The position numbers and the translations under genes are program-made. 22,011 nt of DNA from Pseudogymnoascus verrucosus (lineage: Eukaryota), in the NCBI GenBank assembly GCA_001662655.1, contig KV460288.1. One strand, written 5' to 3'. Shown here piece by piece: positions 8,445 to 19,343 of this stretch. Position 1 is the first letter of the stretch. Every line of letters starts with the position of its first letter. The notes beneath the pieces are model-generated. The model saw only the letters and a list, made by a program, of their open reading frames with translations. It had not been told where the DNA came from and did no database searches.

Positions 8445-8921
8445 AGCGTCGTCCCCAACAGAGTAATCAGAATCGAATTGTACCAGCTCTACAGCAACAA
8501 GTCGCCAGAGAGCCAGCACGTTGCGTATTGTACTTAAGTGTCATGCCTCTATAGTCACCGAACCCCGCCATCTCCCCTCCCCTCTCGGGTCAGGCATCAG
8601 GCAGGGACACGGCGGTTCATCTGACATACACGATCTTCGCAATAGCCCTCCCATAGGAACGAACCACACGCCCTCTTCTCTCTTTCAAGATATACAAGAC
8701 GCGGGCCCGCCCTGCTTTTCTGATGCCAATTGCAGACGTGAAACACGCCAGGCCGTTACCGGCAGACCTGTGCACCTTCCGAAGAAGGGAGTGAGGTGTT
8801 TTGAAGATTACTCCGAATTTCTCATATGCAAATAGAATCTGATCCGAAGATCTTCTTGACACGGAGCTTGCGCAGGTATCTGTTTGTAGCATAGAAACGC
8901 AACGTTGAGGGGGACGACGCT
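8445..8921 (-). ncRNA. RPR1: Nuclear RNase P RNA (~477 nt)
   Basis: On the minus strand: P1 AGCGTCGTCCCC/GGGGACGACGCT (12 bp; 8921-8910 with 8456-8445) and P2 ACGTTGCGT/ACGCAACGT (8905-8897 with 8526-8518). P3 ATGC-TACAAA.../GCAT. CR-I GAGAAATTCGGAG (8823-8811) pairs with TTCTGATT of CR-V (ACAATTCGATTCTGATTAC) as P4 with the bulged U. Also CR-II-like AGAAA, CR-IV AGTACAAT before the P2 3' strand, P19 GCTGGCTCT/AGAGCTGGT, two C(UUCG)G tetraloops and a GCCG(GTAA)CGGC hairpin. CR-I is P-type, not MRP-type (GAAAGUCCCC). Confidence 0.9.
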
Positions 8922-8961
8922 GAAGAGGAAAGAAAAGAGAAGAGAGCTTTGCGAGCTATTG

Positions 8962-8975
8962 CAAAATATATTTTG
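8962..8975. promoter_or_regulatory. Palindromic TATA-like element upstream of the RNase P RNA
   Basis: CAAAATATATTTTG is a perfect 14-bp palindrome ~40 nt upstream of the P1 5' strand. Confidence 0.4.
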
Positions 8976-9048
8976 TGACTGCGCGGCCGCGTGCCCCGCT
9001 TTGCCTCGGCTGCGGTTAAATCAACGCTAATAGGCGCCACAATAGGCT

Positions 9049-9058
9049 GTGACGTCAC
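9049..9058. promoter_or_regulatory. CRE/ATF-type bZIP site
   Basis: GTGACGTCAC palindrome, with a second TGACGT at 9071-9076, in the divergent RNase P RNA / zinc-ribbon gene interval. Confidence 0.45.
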
Positions 9059-9212
9059 GTGTGTAGCCGTTGACGTGTGCATGGCTGGCGCAGCAGATCA
9101 AGATGAAACTATAGAATGCCAATGAGGAGCTTCTATAATTTTTCAACCACAACATCTCTCTGCGCTGTCAGAATTCTAAATACGATATAATTACTATTAC
9201 TGAAACCTCACA

Positions 9213-9811
9213 ATGTGTAAGCAGATCTAGCCAGGGCAGAAAGACACGAGGAAGGATGCTAACATCCCCAGGTATCGTCTTCACATGTGGCGAACATGAG
9301 TTCTCCTCAGAATTGAAAGGTTACGAGGGTGTTACCTGCCAATGTCACAACTGTGTAAGTTCAAACCCGAGTCCCTTGGACCCAGATTCAGGATAGTCTG
9401 GCAGGGCGATCGCATTATACAATACAGAGCGTCACTAACCGGTGCAACTACAATAGGGAAACTACTCGGCGACTGTGATGAAGAGATGGAACTGGTTCAC
9501 ATTCTGCTTCGTGCCCATTCTCCCGCTGTCCACGCACGCTTACAAAGATGTTGTCTGTCGAATCTGCGGCTTTGCGCAACCCCTAGAGTACGTCTCCCCT
9601 GGATCTGTTCGCGGAATTGGGTATGTGAGAATATTAGCTGACTTTTGGCCCCCACAGTAACCGACAAGACGTCCAACAACAGCACAGAGGTGCGGGTAAC
9701 GAGATGCAGCCCCAAGGCCAGCCTGGGCCTGGGTATAATCAGCAGCCTGGATGGGGTCCACCACAAGGTCAACAACAGCCCGGTGCAAAGACAAACATGA
9801 CGTACGGATAA
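9213..9811 (+). CDS. Small zinc-ribbon protein (zinc-ribbon_15-like) with a Q/P/G-rich tail, 123 aa; exons 9213-9216, 9272-9354, 9457-9587, 9658-9811
   Basis: Three canonical introns (GTAAGC..GCTAAC..CAG; GTAAGT..ACTAAC..TAG; GTACGT..GCTGAC..CAG) give MCIVFTCGEHEFSSELKGYEGVTCQCHNCGNYSATVMKRWNWFTFCFVPILPLSTHAYKDVVCRICGFAQPLDNRQDVQQQHRGAGNEMQPQGQPGPGYNQQPGWGPPQGQQQPGAKTNMTYG*. Two CxxC pairs flank the WFTFCFVP motif. Confidence 0.88.
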
Positions 9812-10289
9812 ACGGATAAACGGGCACTTGGTGACTGAGACATGCGTTCATGGTACTAGGCGGCCAAAATATGCGATTGTGGGGAACAGGGTCAATTCAA
9901 GTAAGGCGTTTTGGGTTGGGATGCCATAGGGCTGGGAAGGCCATTGGTTTTTTCTGAGGGGACAAGACAATACCCCAATGTCGTCGTCGTTTCCAGGCTC
10001 ATGATTTTGAGTTGGGTACACGCTGTACCTTGGCAGTTTCTTCCCGCGTTTGCCACGCGGTGTACTATAATAATATCTGACTTTCTTATTCCTTGCGGGG
10101 GTTCATCACTATCCTCATGGTCTCCATGCGCGCGGCTCATGCATATGGGGGTGAAACTGGTATATGTACCCCATCCTGCAGCTACACTGCTACATAACAA
10201 TCTCCCGTGCTCCCTCGACCCCAGAGCTTCAAATCAAGAAATCGGCAGCCCTGCCATCTCTCCACTTGCCGGCCGGCAATGGCTTCGTT

Positions 10290-10808
10290 GATAAGAGCTC
10301 TTGTTCTCTAGCTCCCGACCCTTATCTCAACCATGGGCTGGCCATGTGGGGGGTCAGGGGAGGCATCTCTTATCATTGCACAACCGTGCATACGTAAGCA
10401 GCAACCCCAGCAGAAAGTTAACTATCTCTGGACTCCTTATCATTTATCAACGCCTCTAATTGCGCCCACGTCGATTTTCGCGTGTCATCAACATATAGAT
10501 TCCTACCAATGCCGCTTGTCACAAATATCATTGTGGCGCCTTTGTCTTATCCCGGAGCTGGCCGGTATAGTTATACGGTACCACCCGATATATGCGACTC
10601 AGTGCCCTCCTTCAATGTTGTACCTTACCCCATATCTCAGAAGGGCTGATGCACGCTTGGAGCAACTACTCCCGAGCTTCAATTCCTTATTCCTATCTAC
10701 CATGCCATCCTTGCCAATATCGTGGCCGATGCCGGCCCCATTGGCTCATGGCGGCAATGTGCTAGGCTTGACTATCTTCTTTCTTTCTGGGGTGAACTAG
10801 ATCTTATC
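10290..10808. promoter_or_regulatory. Cluster of GATA (AreA/NIT2-type) sites upstream of the urea transporter
   Basis: GATAAG at 10290; CTTATC at 10321, 10369, 10436, 10546, 10803; CTATCT at 10422; TTTATC at 10443. Confidence 0.6.
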
Positions 10809-10998
10809 TTCATAGCTCCCAATAGCTATGACTGACGCAAGTTTCATTGGACAGTTGCATTTTGACAGCATGTAGGTTTTTCATTCATATATCAGTGTCT
10901 CGGCCCAGCTGGTTACGAGACTTTTTTTTATTCCCATTTCTTGTCAACCTTGAAGCTATTACATCTCGCCGCCTTCAGACTCTCACTTGAAGCTCGAG

Positions 10999-13180
10999 AT
11001 GGACGCAAACCACATAACCGTCCCTCACCCATTGGGCCAAGCCTGGGGCTATGGAATCATTCTAGGTAAGGCTTTACTATGCCCCTCCACCTGCTTCACA
11101 CTCTAATACCAGTGATTACCAGGTCTCGGTTCCCTGTTCGCCCTTGGAATGGTGCTCGTAACTTGGATCCTCAAGCGCTACAACCATGAAGTTCAAACTT
11201 CCGAAATGTTCAGCACGGCCGGAAGAACAGTAAAGTCGGGATTAGTCGCCTCTGCGGTTGTATCGAGTTGGACTTGGGCCGCAACATTACTACAGAGCTC
11301 TAGTATGGCATACAAGTACGGAGTTTCTGGGCCATTTTGGTACGCCGCTGGCGCAACAGTGCAAATTATTCTATTTGCAACTCTTGCTATTGAGTTAAAG
11401 CGCCGTTCTCCCAATGCTCATGTGAGTACTTTGCCATTCTGCTACATATCAGCGTACTGAGTATCCCAAACAGACTTTCCTTGAAGTTATCAAGGCACGC
11501 TACGGCATGACCACGCACTTGGTCTTCGTTACCTTCGGCCTCTTCACAAACATCTTGGTCACAGCCATGCTCCTGACCGGCGGATCGTCAGCATTCACAG
11601 CCTTAACCGGTATTTCGACTCCGGCCGCATGCTTCCTGCTCCCACTTGGAGTCATCGTTTACACCATGTTCGGCGGCATGAAAGCCACATTCTTAACAGA
11701 CTACGTTCATACCGTCATGCTTCTAATTATCATCATAATTTTTGCATTTACTGCCTACGCTACCAACCACATCATCGGCTCTCCAGGCGCAGTTTTCGAC
11801 GCCCTTGTTGCCGCCACAGAGCGTCACCCAGTGGAGGGAAACGCAGGAGGCAGCTACCTCACCATGAGGTCCAAGGAAGGCGCCATCTTCTTCGTCATCA
11901 ACATCATCGGAAACTTTGGAACCGTGTTTTTGGATAACGTGTACTACAACAGAGGAATTGCAGCTTCCCCGGTCGCCGCCTTGCCTGGGTATATCATGGG
12001 CGGGTTGTCTTGGTTTGCCATCCCATGGCTCTGCGCAACGACAATGGGCCTCTCGGCACTCGCACTCGAGAACCATTCCGTCTTCCCAACCTTCCCCGAG
12101 CGCATGTCGGCAGCTGATGTCTCCGCCGGGCTTGTGCTCCCTTATGCCGCCGTGGCGCTCTTAGGGAGCGGCGGAGCAGTGTGCGCTCTACTTCTCATTT
12201 TCATGGCCGTCACTTCCGCAACCTCCGCCGAGCTCATTGCGGTCTCGACTATTTTCACTTACGACATCTATCAGACCTACATCAAGCCTGATGCATCCAG
12301 CCGCAGCCTCATTTACATGTCCCACGTCATGGTTGCCTGCTTTGGCCTCGTCATGGCTGCATTCTCAACAGGTCTGTACTACGCCGGCATCTCAATGGGC
12401 TTCCTCTACCTCATGATGGGCGTAATAATCTCCGCCGCCGTCCTCCCAGCAACCCTCACCCTCCTCTGGAGCAAGCAGAACAAATGGGCCGCCATGCTCT
12501 CTCCCCCTCTCGGCCTCGTTTGCGCCCTGATCGCCTGGCTTGTCACCTGCCAAAAGATGTTCGGCGAACTCACCGTCGAGACTCTGGGGTCCAACTACCC
12601 CATGCTAGCAGGGAACGTGGTAGCCCTCCTCTCCCCCGTCATCTTCATCCCAGTCCTCACCTATGGTCTCGGCGCGGATAACTACGACTGGGTATCCATG
12701 GGCGAGATCCGACGGAGCGACGACCACGAGATCGCCGAGGCATCTGGAGTTGATCTCGAACTCGTCCCTGGGGAAGCGGTCATATCCGAGGAGCAGCTCG
12801 CCGAAGAACAACGGGTCCTTCTCCGCGCATCCAAGATCGCGAAGATCGCCACCATCTCGATGACGCTAGGCTTCCTCGTCCTCTTCCCCTTCCCCATGTA
12901 CGGTTCCTCCTACATCTTCAGCAAGCCCTTCTTCACCGGCTGGGTGGTTGTGGGGATCATCTGGATCTTTTGCTCGCTGTTCTGCGTTGGGATATACCCG
13001 CTCTGGGAGGGAAGGCATAGTATGGCGCATACGTTCAAGGCGCTGTATCTGGATGCGACGGGGAAACAGCACCCGAGTAGGCATCATGCGCATGGGGCTA
13101 TGATCGTGGAGGATGAGAAGAGTAGTGGGTCTGAGACGCCGCCGGAGAAGAAGGATTTGAGTGTTAGTGTGAGCGAGTGA
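10999..13180 (+). CDS. DUR3: Urea active transporter (DUR3/UreA, sodium:solute symporter family), ~690 aa; exons 10999-11065, 11123-11421, 11474-13180
   Basis: Introns 11066-11122 and 11422-11473 keep the frame. Motifs [102 protein letters not shown]; many TM segments. Confidence 0.96.
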
Positions 13181-14119
13181 GGGGGGGTTAGTTTTGGTTC
13201 AGCGGGGGAGTAATATATATCAGGAGTCTTATCTCCCACTGTCGTTTTAATATAGGTTAATATATACTATGTATTTTACATTTGAGTCTAGTTACTAGAC
13301 CACCATTCTGTGATTACAGTCACTGCCTCCCAGGGCAATCATGTGCGTGAGAAATCGCAGCCTTAATTTGTTTTCCGTTACCGACCAGCTCAGATTCACG
13401 ATTGAGACAGGTGGGCGGGCACAGATGCATTAACTATAATTAGGGAGAGGAAGTTCTTAAGTGTGGAAGAAGATGAAGTAACGTACCAAAACAAGTCACA
13501 ACGTTTGACAGATAGTGAACTGCGAAACCACGCAACGGGAGCCAGCGCCAAGAGGGGGTTCCCCCCCAAGAAACCACAGTGAGAACCAAATCGACAACCC
13601 CCCCGCAACATGACAGTGACAACCCCCCACCGACAACAACCCCTACCGACAAGAACCCCAAAACAACGACAGCATAACCTCAACAACAATCCCCCCTCTC
13701 TCACCCCCCGAACCCCTCTCCTCCACCGTCACACACCAACACTTCCATCACACTTCGGCTGCACCACCATGAACCCGTCTTTCAGAGACATCTCCCACCC
13801 TGGAATTTTCCGACGGAATTCGCAGGCTCCTTGGGTTGGTTTATGGTGCTGAGAGGTTTGTATTTATAGTGGTTTTTGGGGCTGTGGGGTGGGGGGTGGA
13901 GGCGCGGAAGGGGAGGAGAGGGAGGGGAAGAGGGGTGGGTTTGTGGTGTCTCTCGTTGTGTGAGGTTTTATGGTTTTTCTGGAGTGAAGAGGAGGGAGGG
14001 TATTTGAGTGGGATATGAATTTGTCGGATTTGCTTCAGCTCGTGTTGGATGGGAGTGGTCGCCGATATGAGAGTGATATTTTGAAGTCTCAAGCACTTAC
14101 ACCCACCATAGCCCCAGAG

Positions 14120-14161
14120 CAAGTCCAGATGAGGAACTCACCATTTCCTCATCTGGACTTG
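14120..14161. repeat. Perfect 17-bp inverted repeat with an 8-nt loop
   Basis: CAAGTCCAGATGAGGAA-ctcaccat-TTCCTCATCTGGACTTG. Confidence 0.95.
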
Positions 14162-14469
14162 TGCAATCTCACATCACTTCAACATATTCGAGTTCCCAAA
14201 ACAATCAGCGAGCCAAGTTATAACATCCTCCCAGCAGCGACTCTCATAACACTCCCCCCACAGCCCATCCGTCATCGCAGCAGCGTCATCTGTATGTATT
14301 TCCGTTGCTCCAAATGAGCATAATCATACCCGTCGTACGATGCGCCACGGCAACGGTTTCCAAAGGGCGCCAGTGGTGTTGCAACTGTTGCACCATGCGT
14401 CATCATACCAACGATATCCAGAAAGTTCTAGAGGCGCTTCAGCCGCTGTCCTTTCCGCCGTCGCGCTAC

Positions 14470-14551
14470 TGTTGCTGTCGATACATTCTCTCGCCGTTAC
14501 GCTGTTGCTGTGTTGCTGTCGATACATTCTCTCACCGTTATGCTGTTGCTG
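14470..14551 (+). repeat. 41-bp tandem duplication (2 copies, 39/41 identical)
   Basis: TGTTGCTGTCGATACATTCTCTC(G/A)CCGTTA(C/T)GCTGTTGCTG at 14470-14510 and 14511-14551. Confidence 0.95.
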
Positions 14552-15430
14552 TTATGACCTCAGTAACTTGTTTCGCCAGACCTGTCCACGTTCCAACCCT
14601 GTGCGCAGCTATTGTAAAGGCAGGGAGGGACTGAACGGCGCGCGCAGGGACCTCATCCAATCATCGTCTAGGAATCCTTTCTGCTGAATAACTGCGTTTC
14701 GGCTCTCTTTCTGGGACTTTATACGAATTTTGTAAGCTTGCTGTTGAGGATATACCGTAGCTAGAGCAGGTTATTTATGGGTTCATAGTCGTGCGTATAA
14801 AGATGAGCAAAGGTCACCATACCATATACACACCACAGAAAAATAGATCAAAATCCTATAGTTCCATATATAAACCCCACGCCCCTATCTACACTCTCCC
14901 TCTCACCGCTACCGCGATCTTGGCATAGTTTCCCAGTGCGGCACGGGTCCGTTCGCTGTCGTCGTCTTTCAGATGGACAGTGAAGTATGAGGGATTCTGT
15001 ATATACTACCAAGAGTCTAGCATTAGAAGAACTTGCACACAGCACTGACCCCTGAGTTAGCAGTCACCCCGCACAAGCACTGCACATTAAAAGCCCCATT
15101 GTACAATATTATTATGCATTGACACTCCTATCGGTAAATGTTTGCCTGCAGTCTATCCCGCATGCTTCCATCCCCCGAACGTATCCCATAAAGCGGCTTC
15201 CCAGTAGTACCAGCCGAATATAAACTTCCCAAACGGCCCAGTCCTATCATGCAATTTCCCGACTCCGTCTTCCAGCCTCAGAATTCATTCTGGCCCTCTT
15301 GAGAAAATTACAATTTTAACCCAAGTAAAAAAATCGCACCGGTATCAAACTCCCTGTAATGCAAGTAAAAAAAATCGGCGTTTCCTCCCCATATTACAAC
15401 TTCCCCCCAACCCCGCCCCCAAGCACGATC

Positions 15431-18400
15431 TCAAGACCCAAAGCTCGGCGCAGCCACAGCCCCAAAGCCGTGGTCCATCCCTCCATCCTCCGACTTCATC
15501 GTCCCATTCAGCATCGGACACAGCTTCTTATTCGTCTTGATGTGGCCCGCCTGTCCACAATTAGCACACTTCCTAGACGTCCCCTTCGGCGTAGCATCTG
15601 CTGCCGCCGGGGTAGCGCTTGGGGAACCAGCATCTGCGGTGCCCTCTGGGCCGCGATATATGCCCTTCTGCTTTTCGCGCGCGTGGCGACGCTCTTTGTT
15701 GCGTTCGAGACGGGCAAGTTCTTTGCGAACACTGGATATACAATTAGTACACGATGTAAAGGAAATTGAAGGGTTAAACCATACCGTTGAGCTTCCTTCT
15801 TGTCCCACTCTGGATCGCCGGTAGGCTTAACGTCGTACACATTATGCCCATCTGCGTCCAGAGCGTGGCGGCGCTTGACGTATTCCCTCCAAACCCGCGG
15901 ATCCGACACGATTTCCTCAACTTCTTCCAGCTGGTTCCATTTGTTCCGAATGCTGCGGACGATGCGATGGGCCTTGCCACCATGTTGACTGCTTGTGCTG
16001 AACCTGCTGACTTGACTCACAGAGTCGTCGAAGTTCGCTGGCGTGGCTGCCGAGTGCGGGGTAGCGTTGCGTCCATACGGTTGCTCCATCTCAAGCGGAT
16101 GATCAAGTTCCATTTCACTACCAGCGTGCTCTGCGGTATCGGAAAGATTGGCCTTTTGCTTCTCCCAGATGCCCTTGATGGCCCGCGTATATATCTCGTT
16201 TTGCTTGTCGACATTGTACTTGTGGCCACCATTTGCTTTGCGCTCACGAGCGATAGCATCCTCCGTAGTTGCCTGAGGGCCTTGAATGGTATCCAGATAT
16301 CCTCCTTTCATGGAGGTCTTGATGAAACTGAACGCCAGCCCACAGCCAGATGGGTCGCCCTCACCATGGAGCTGCAACATAGCCTTTCCTGCTGCGGCAT
16401 CCAAGAAATTCTTGCTAGTCTTCCAAGGCGCAAGGAGCTGCTCCAAACTATCGCCTTCTTGCTCCTCTTCGGAACCGTCGTCCTGGTTGTCTCTACCGTA
16501 ACCCGCGTCTTCCAAGTGTCTCAGGCCAACTTGCATGGCGTCAATGGTGCAGACGTCTTCGGGCTTGACCCAGGAGCGGACTGTGGTCTCATCTGGAATA
16601 ACGTCTCCCGGCTTGACTCGCCAAACCTTCTCATCCTTGTAATACTTGATGAACTCCTTCAGCTTCTGCCTGTTTTGCATATCGCTGGAATCAGTAATGT
16701 GAGAGGTGATCTCATCGATCCTCACAGTGTTGGCAGGGCTATGGCGGATTTTTCTGAACGCAATCATCTTCATACGACTCTTCGAGGCATTGGTAACCTT
16801 CCTGGACTGCGGGCCAGGAATCTCCATTGAAGGTAATTGCTGCCCGACAGCATAGATATTATCGATGTTACGAATGTGCCACGAAGTTCCATTTACACCA
16901 GTGGTATTTCGGATGACGAGGAAATCCGTATTCTTCGGATCCTGCTTGAAGACAGGGGCACGGAACATGGCGTTGTGGAGCGTAGGCACGGTCTCCCCAG
17001 GTTCAACGGTGCCGAATTGCGCAAACGGCGACCTATCCTCAGGCATAAGGACACTTGTCTCACCAATTTCGTTCTTTGGCCTCGACGCGTCGTCCGCGTC
17101 TTTGCGGCGGTAGTAGTTGATGATTCTGTTGCCCATTCCGAAATTGGATAGAACTGTTGGATGCTCTTCAGAGTACTCGAGAAGCAGAGCTGTTGAATTA
17201 TCTGCCAGTGACAGATCCTTGGACTCTTTGAAGATTTCCTGGGTAGATAATCCCTTCATGTGCTTCCTCTTCCGCTGCGCAGGCTTCGAGAAATAAATGA
17301 CGTGGTTCATGAACTTTCCAAACTTCAGCGAGGGCCTGTGGTAAGAACGCGCCTCCTTGGTATAAAGCTTGACTCTGTAGTATGGCCACTGCAATTTCAG
17401 AGCAGGCATACTATGTTCAACTGTAATGCTGCCAATCAAGGCACGGACCTTGTTCTGGTGGTTCTCCTTAAGAGCATCATAAGCTTCATCGTTGGAGATG
17501 TTGAAGCGTTGAGACAAGCTCTTCGACACGTTGCCACTTCCTCCACGTTTGAAGCTACCACCAAGGCGCAACTGCCTATCCGTCTGGCTTGGCTGGTGCA
17601 TATCGACAAGTAGGTGAGGATCGTTGAGATCGAGAACGACACGCTTCGCAACACGCGCTGTAGCACGCTCGAAATCATCGAATGAGGGTACCGCAAAGGA
17701 TGGCATTTTAAGAATGTCAATCTCCTTCGATTTCGACGTCTTCTGGCGTTTAGCTGGGTGCATCTCCATATCCCTGAACCACTCATCGTCCGCATCATCC
17801 CAGGTAACTTCAGGAGCCTCGCGTTCCTCAACCTCTGGGGAGGAAGCCTCGATTCTCGATTCCCAATCATCGCAAATGACTTGCAAGTCCGCCCAGCTTA
17901 TCCCTCCAATCTCCTCATCCGGTGGCGGCGTATCCCAGTCGAAGCCTTCTTCGGACGTTGCTTCATCCGACGACTCCTCCAATATCGGGATAATGCCTTT
18001 AGCCACCGACTCCTGGATCCTCTGTAGTTTGCTGGAATGCGAAGGCCCTGCGACGCGAAAGCTCTTCTCTTGCTCGGGCGCGAGATCTAAGCTGACTCTT
18101 GTCGGGTTGACCGGCTTTGGCGGCTTGATAGGTTGTTTCGGGATGTAGTGTGCCTTCTTCGGCGGAAGCAACTCGTTCCAGTTGATGGTGATGCCTTGTT
18201 CGAATGTAGGCCATGCCTGCTTCACCAACTCCTCCTCGGTCTCCGCAGGAGCTGGGATGGACAGATCTTGGTTCGCCTCGTCGGATGGTTTCGGTTCTTG
18301 GTCGAAGCTCATAGACGGAAATTCGGCAGATGTATCCAGAGACGGCAGAGATGAAGGCAGAGTCAGGCGACTGCCTATGCTTTGAGTAGTCTGCGAGTCG

Positions 18401-18747
18401 TCGAGCTGCTTGATTTGAACCCCGGTATGCCTATCCTCCCCTTCGAAAGGCGACGAACCGCGAAGCTCTCCGAAAAGATCATCGGTATCATGGCTGGTTC
18501 CTCCATCATCTGTCAGGCCTGGAAGATCCGCGCCACCTCCATTTGTCGCTTCCTCCTCGTCAGGTAGGTCGTCGTCGCTGATGTCTTCGAAGTCCTCCGC
18601 GTCATCCGCCTTCTCGCCAACCTCCAGCGGCCTATCGAGGTTCAAAGCTCCCTGGTCATCTGGGTTCTCCTGGTTCGAAAGAAAGCGCTGCAGTATCTTG
18701 TCATCTTCAGCTGCCTGCTTGTCCCAGTCCACATCATCCAGCGACAT
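15431..18747 (-). CDS. TAF1: Transcription initiation factor TFIID subunit 1, ~1087 aa; exons 18747-15785 and 15731-15431
   Basis: TAND-like KADDAEDFEDISDDDLPDEE, RFNISNDEAY, DUF3591 core (LLEYSEEHPTVLSNFGMG, NAMFRAPVF, TDFL, APWKTSKNF, LHGEGDPSGCGLAFSF). A 53-nt intron 15784-15732 (GTATGG..TACTAAT..CAG) joins the C-terminal zinc knuckle CANCGQAGHIKTNKKLC. Confidence 0.96.
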
Positions 18748-19039
18748 CGTTGCGGTCGCGTTCGGTCCGTGAAACTGATGTGGCGTGCGCAAGATCAGGG
18801 ACACTGTCCCTTTGTCGCGCCTTCGGGTGTAGCTATCTCATCAGGGTATTCTGGTCGTCGACACGATCTGGGTGTTGGGTTCTTGGTATCGTAGGAATAC
18901 GCGCAGAGCGACCTAGGCCTGTGGTGGCGACGTTGGCTTCATTTATAGGTGAATCTGCTGATGTAGTTGTGAAGTTCCAACTCGGGATGTTCGCGCCAAC
19001 CCCAGCCGCTAGCGCGATCGAATAGCGGAGTCAGACCCC

Positions 19040-19053
19040 AAGTCACGTGACTT
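19040..19053. promoter_or_regulatory. Extended E-box (Cbf1/bHLH-type) in the TAF1 upstream region
   Basis: AAGTCACGTGACTT is a perfect 14-bp palindrome ~295 nt upstream of the TAF1 ATG. Confidence 0.5.
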
Positions 19054-19343
19054 CTGCCTGGATTGCATCGTTGGAACCAACAACACTACTTTCCAGTATG
19101 GAGTATTGATATATAATATATGAAGTCTATATGGATAACTGAGAGGTGAATCGGTGTCTTATGATCATTTCTAAGTGTTGGTGTCTCGAATTTTTTATAT
19201 TCTCATGCAATGAGTTATATAATTATTTAATAATTACCCCATTGGTATGAGAACTATTATGTCAAGACCCACAAAACTGAGCTTATAGATACCTCAAGAA
19301 CCCCTCATGAGATTCATAATTGATCACCTTCACATATATATTA

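Noticed and set aside
8445..8921. RNase MRP RNA, telomerase RNA or MITE interpretation of the 12-bp terminal inverted repeat
   Set aside because: P4 is RNase P-type, no telomeric template is visible, and the internal nested and pseudoknot pairings fit RNase P.
8521..9082. Short ORFs of 104, 91 and 86 aa
   Set aside because: They overlap the RNase P RNA and its promoter and lack protein features.
14470..14551. CRISPR-like array
   Set aside because: Only two adjacent copies, no spacers, eukaryotic context.
14889..15250. Possible minus-strand exon remnants (NPSYFTVHLKDDDSERTRAALGNYAKIAVAVRGRV*; FGKFIFGWYYWEAALWDTFGGW)
   Set aside because: Could not be joined into a gene model with start and donor sites, and no family recognised; TBLASTN would be needed.
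15787..16830. 347-aa plus-strand ORF and other ORFs opposite TAF1
   Set aside because: Antisense shadows of TAF1.
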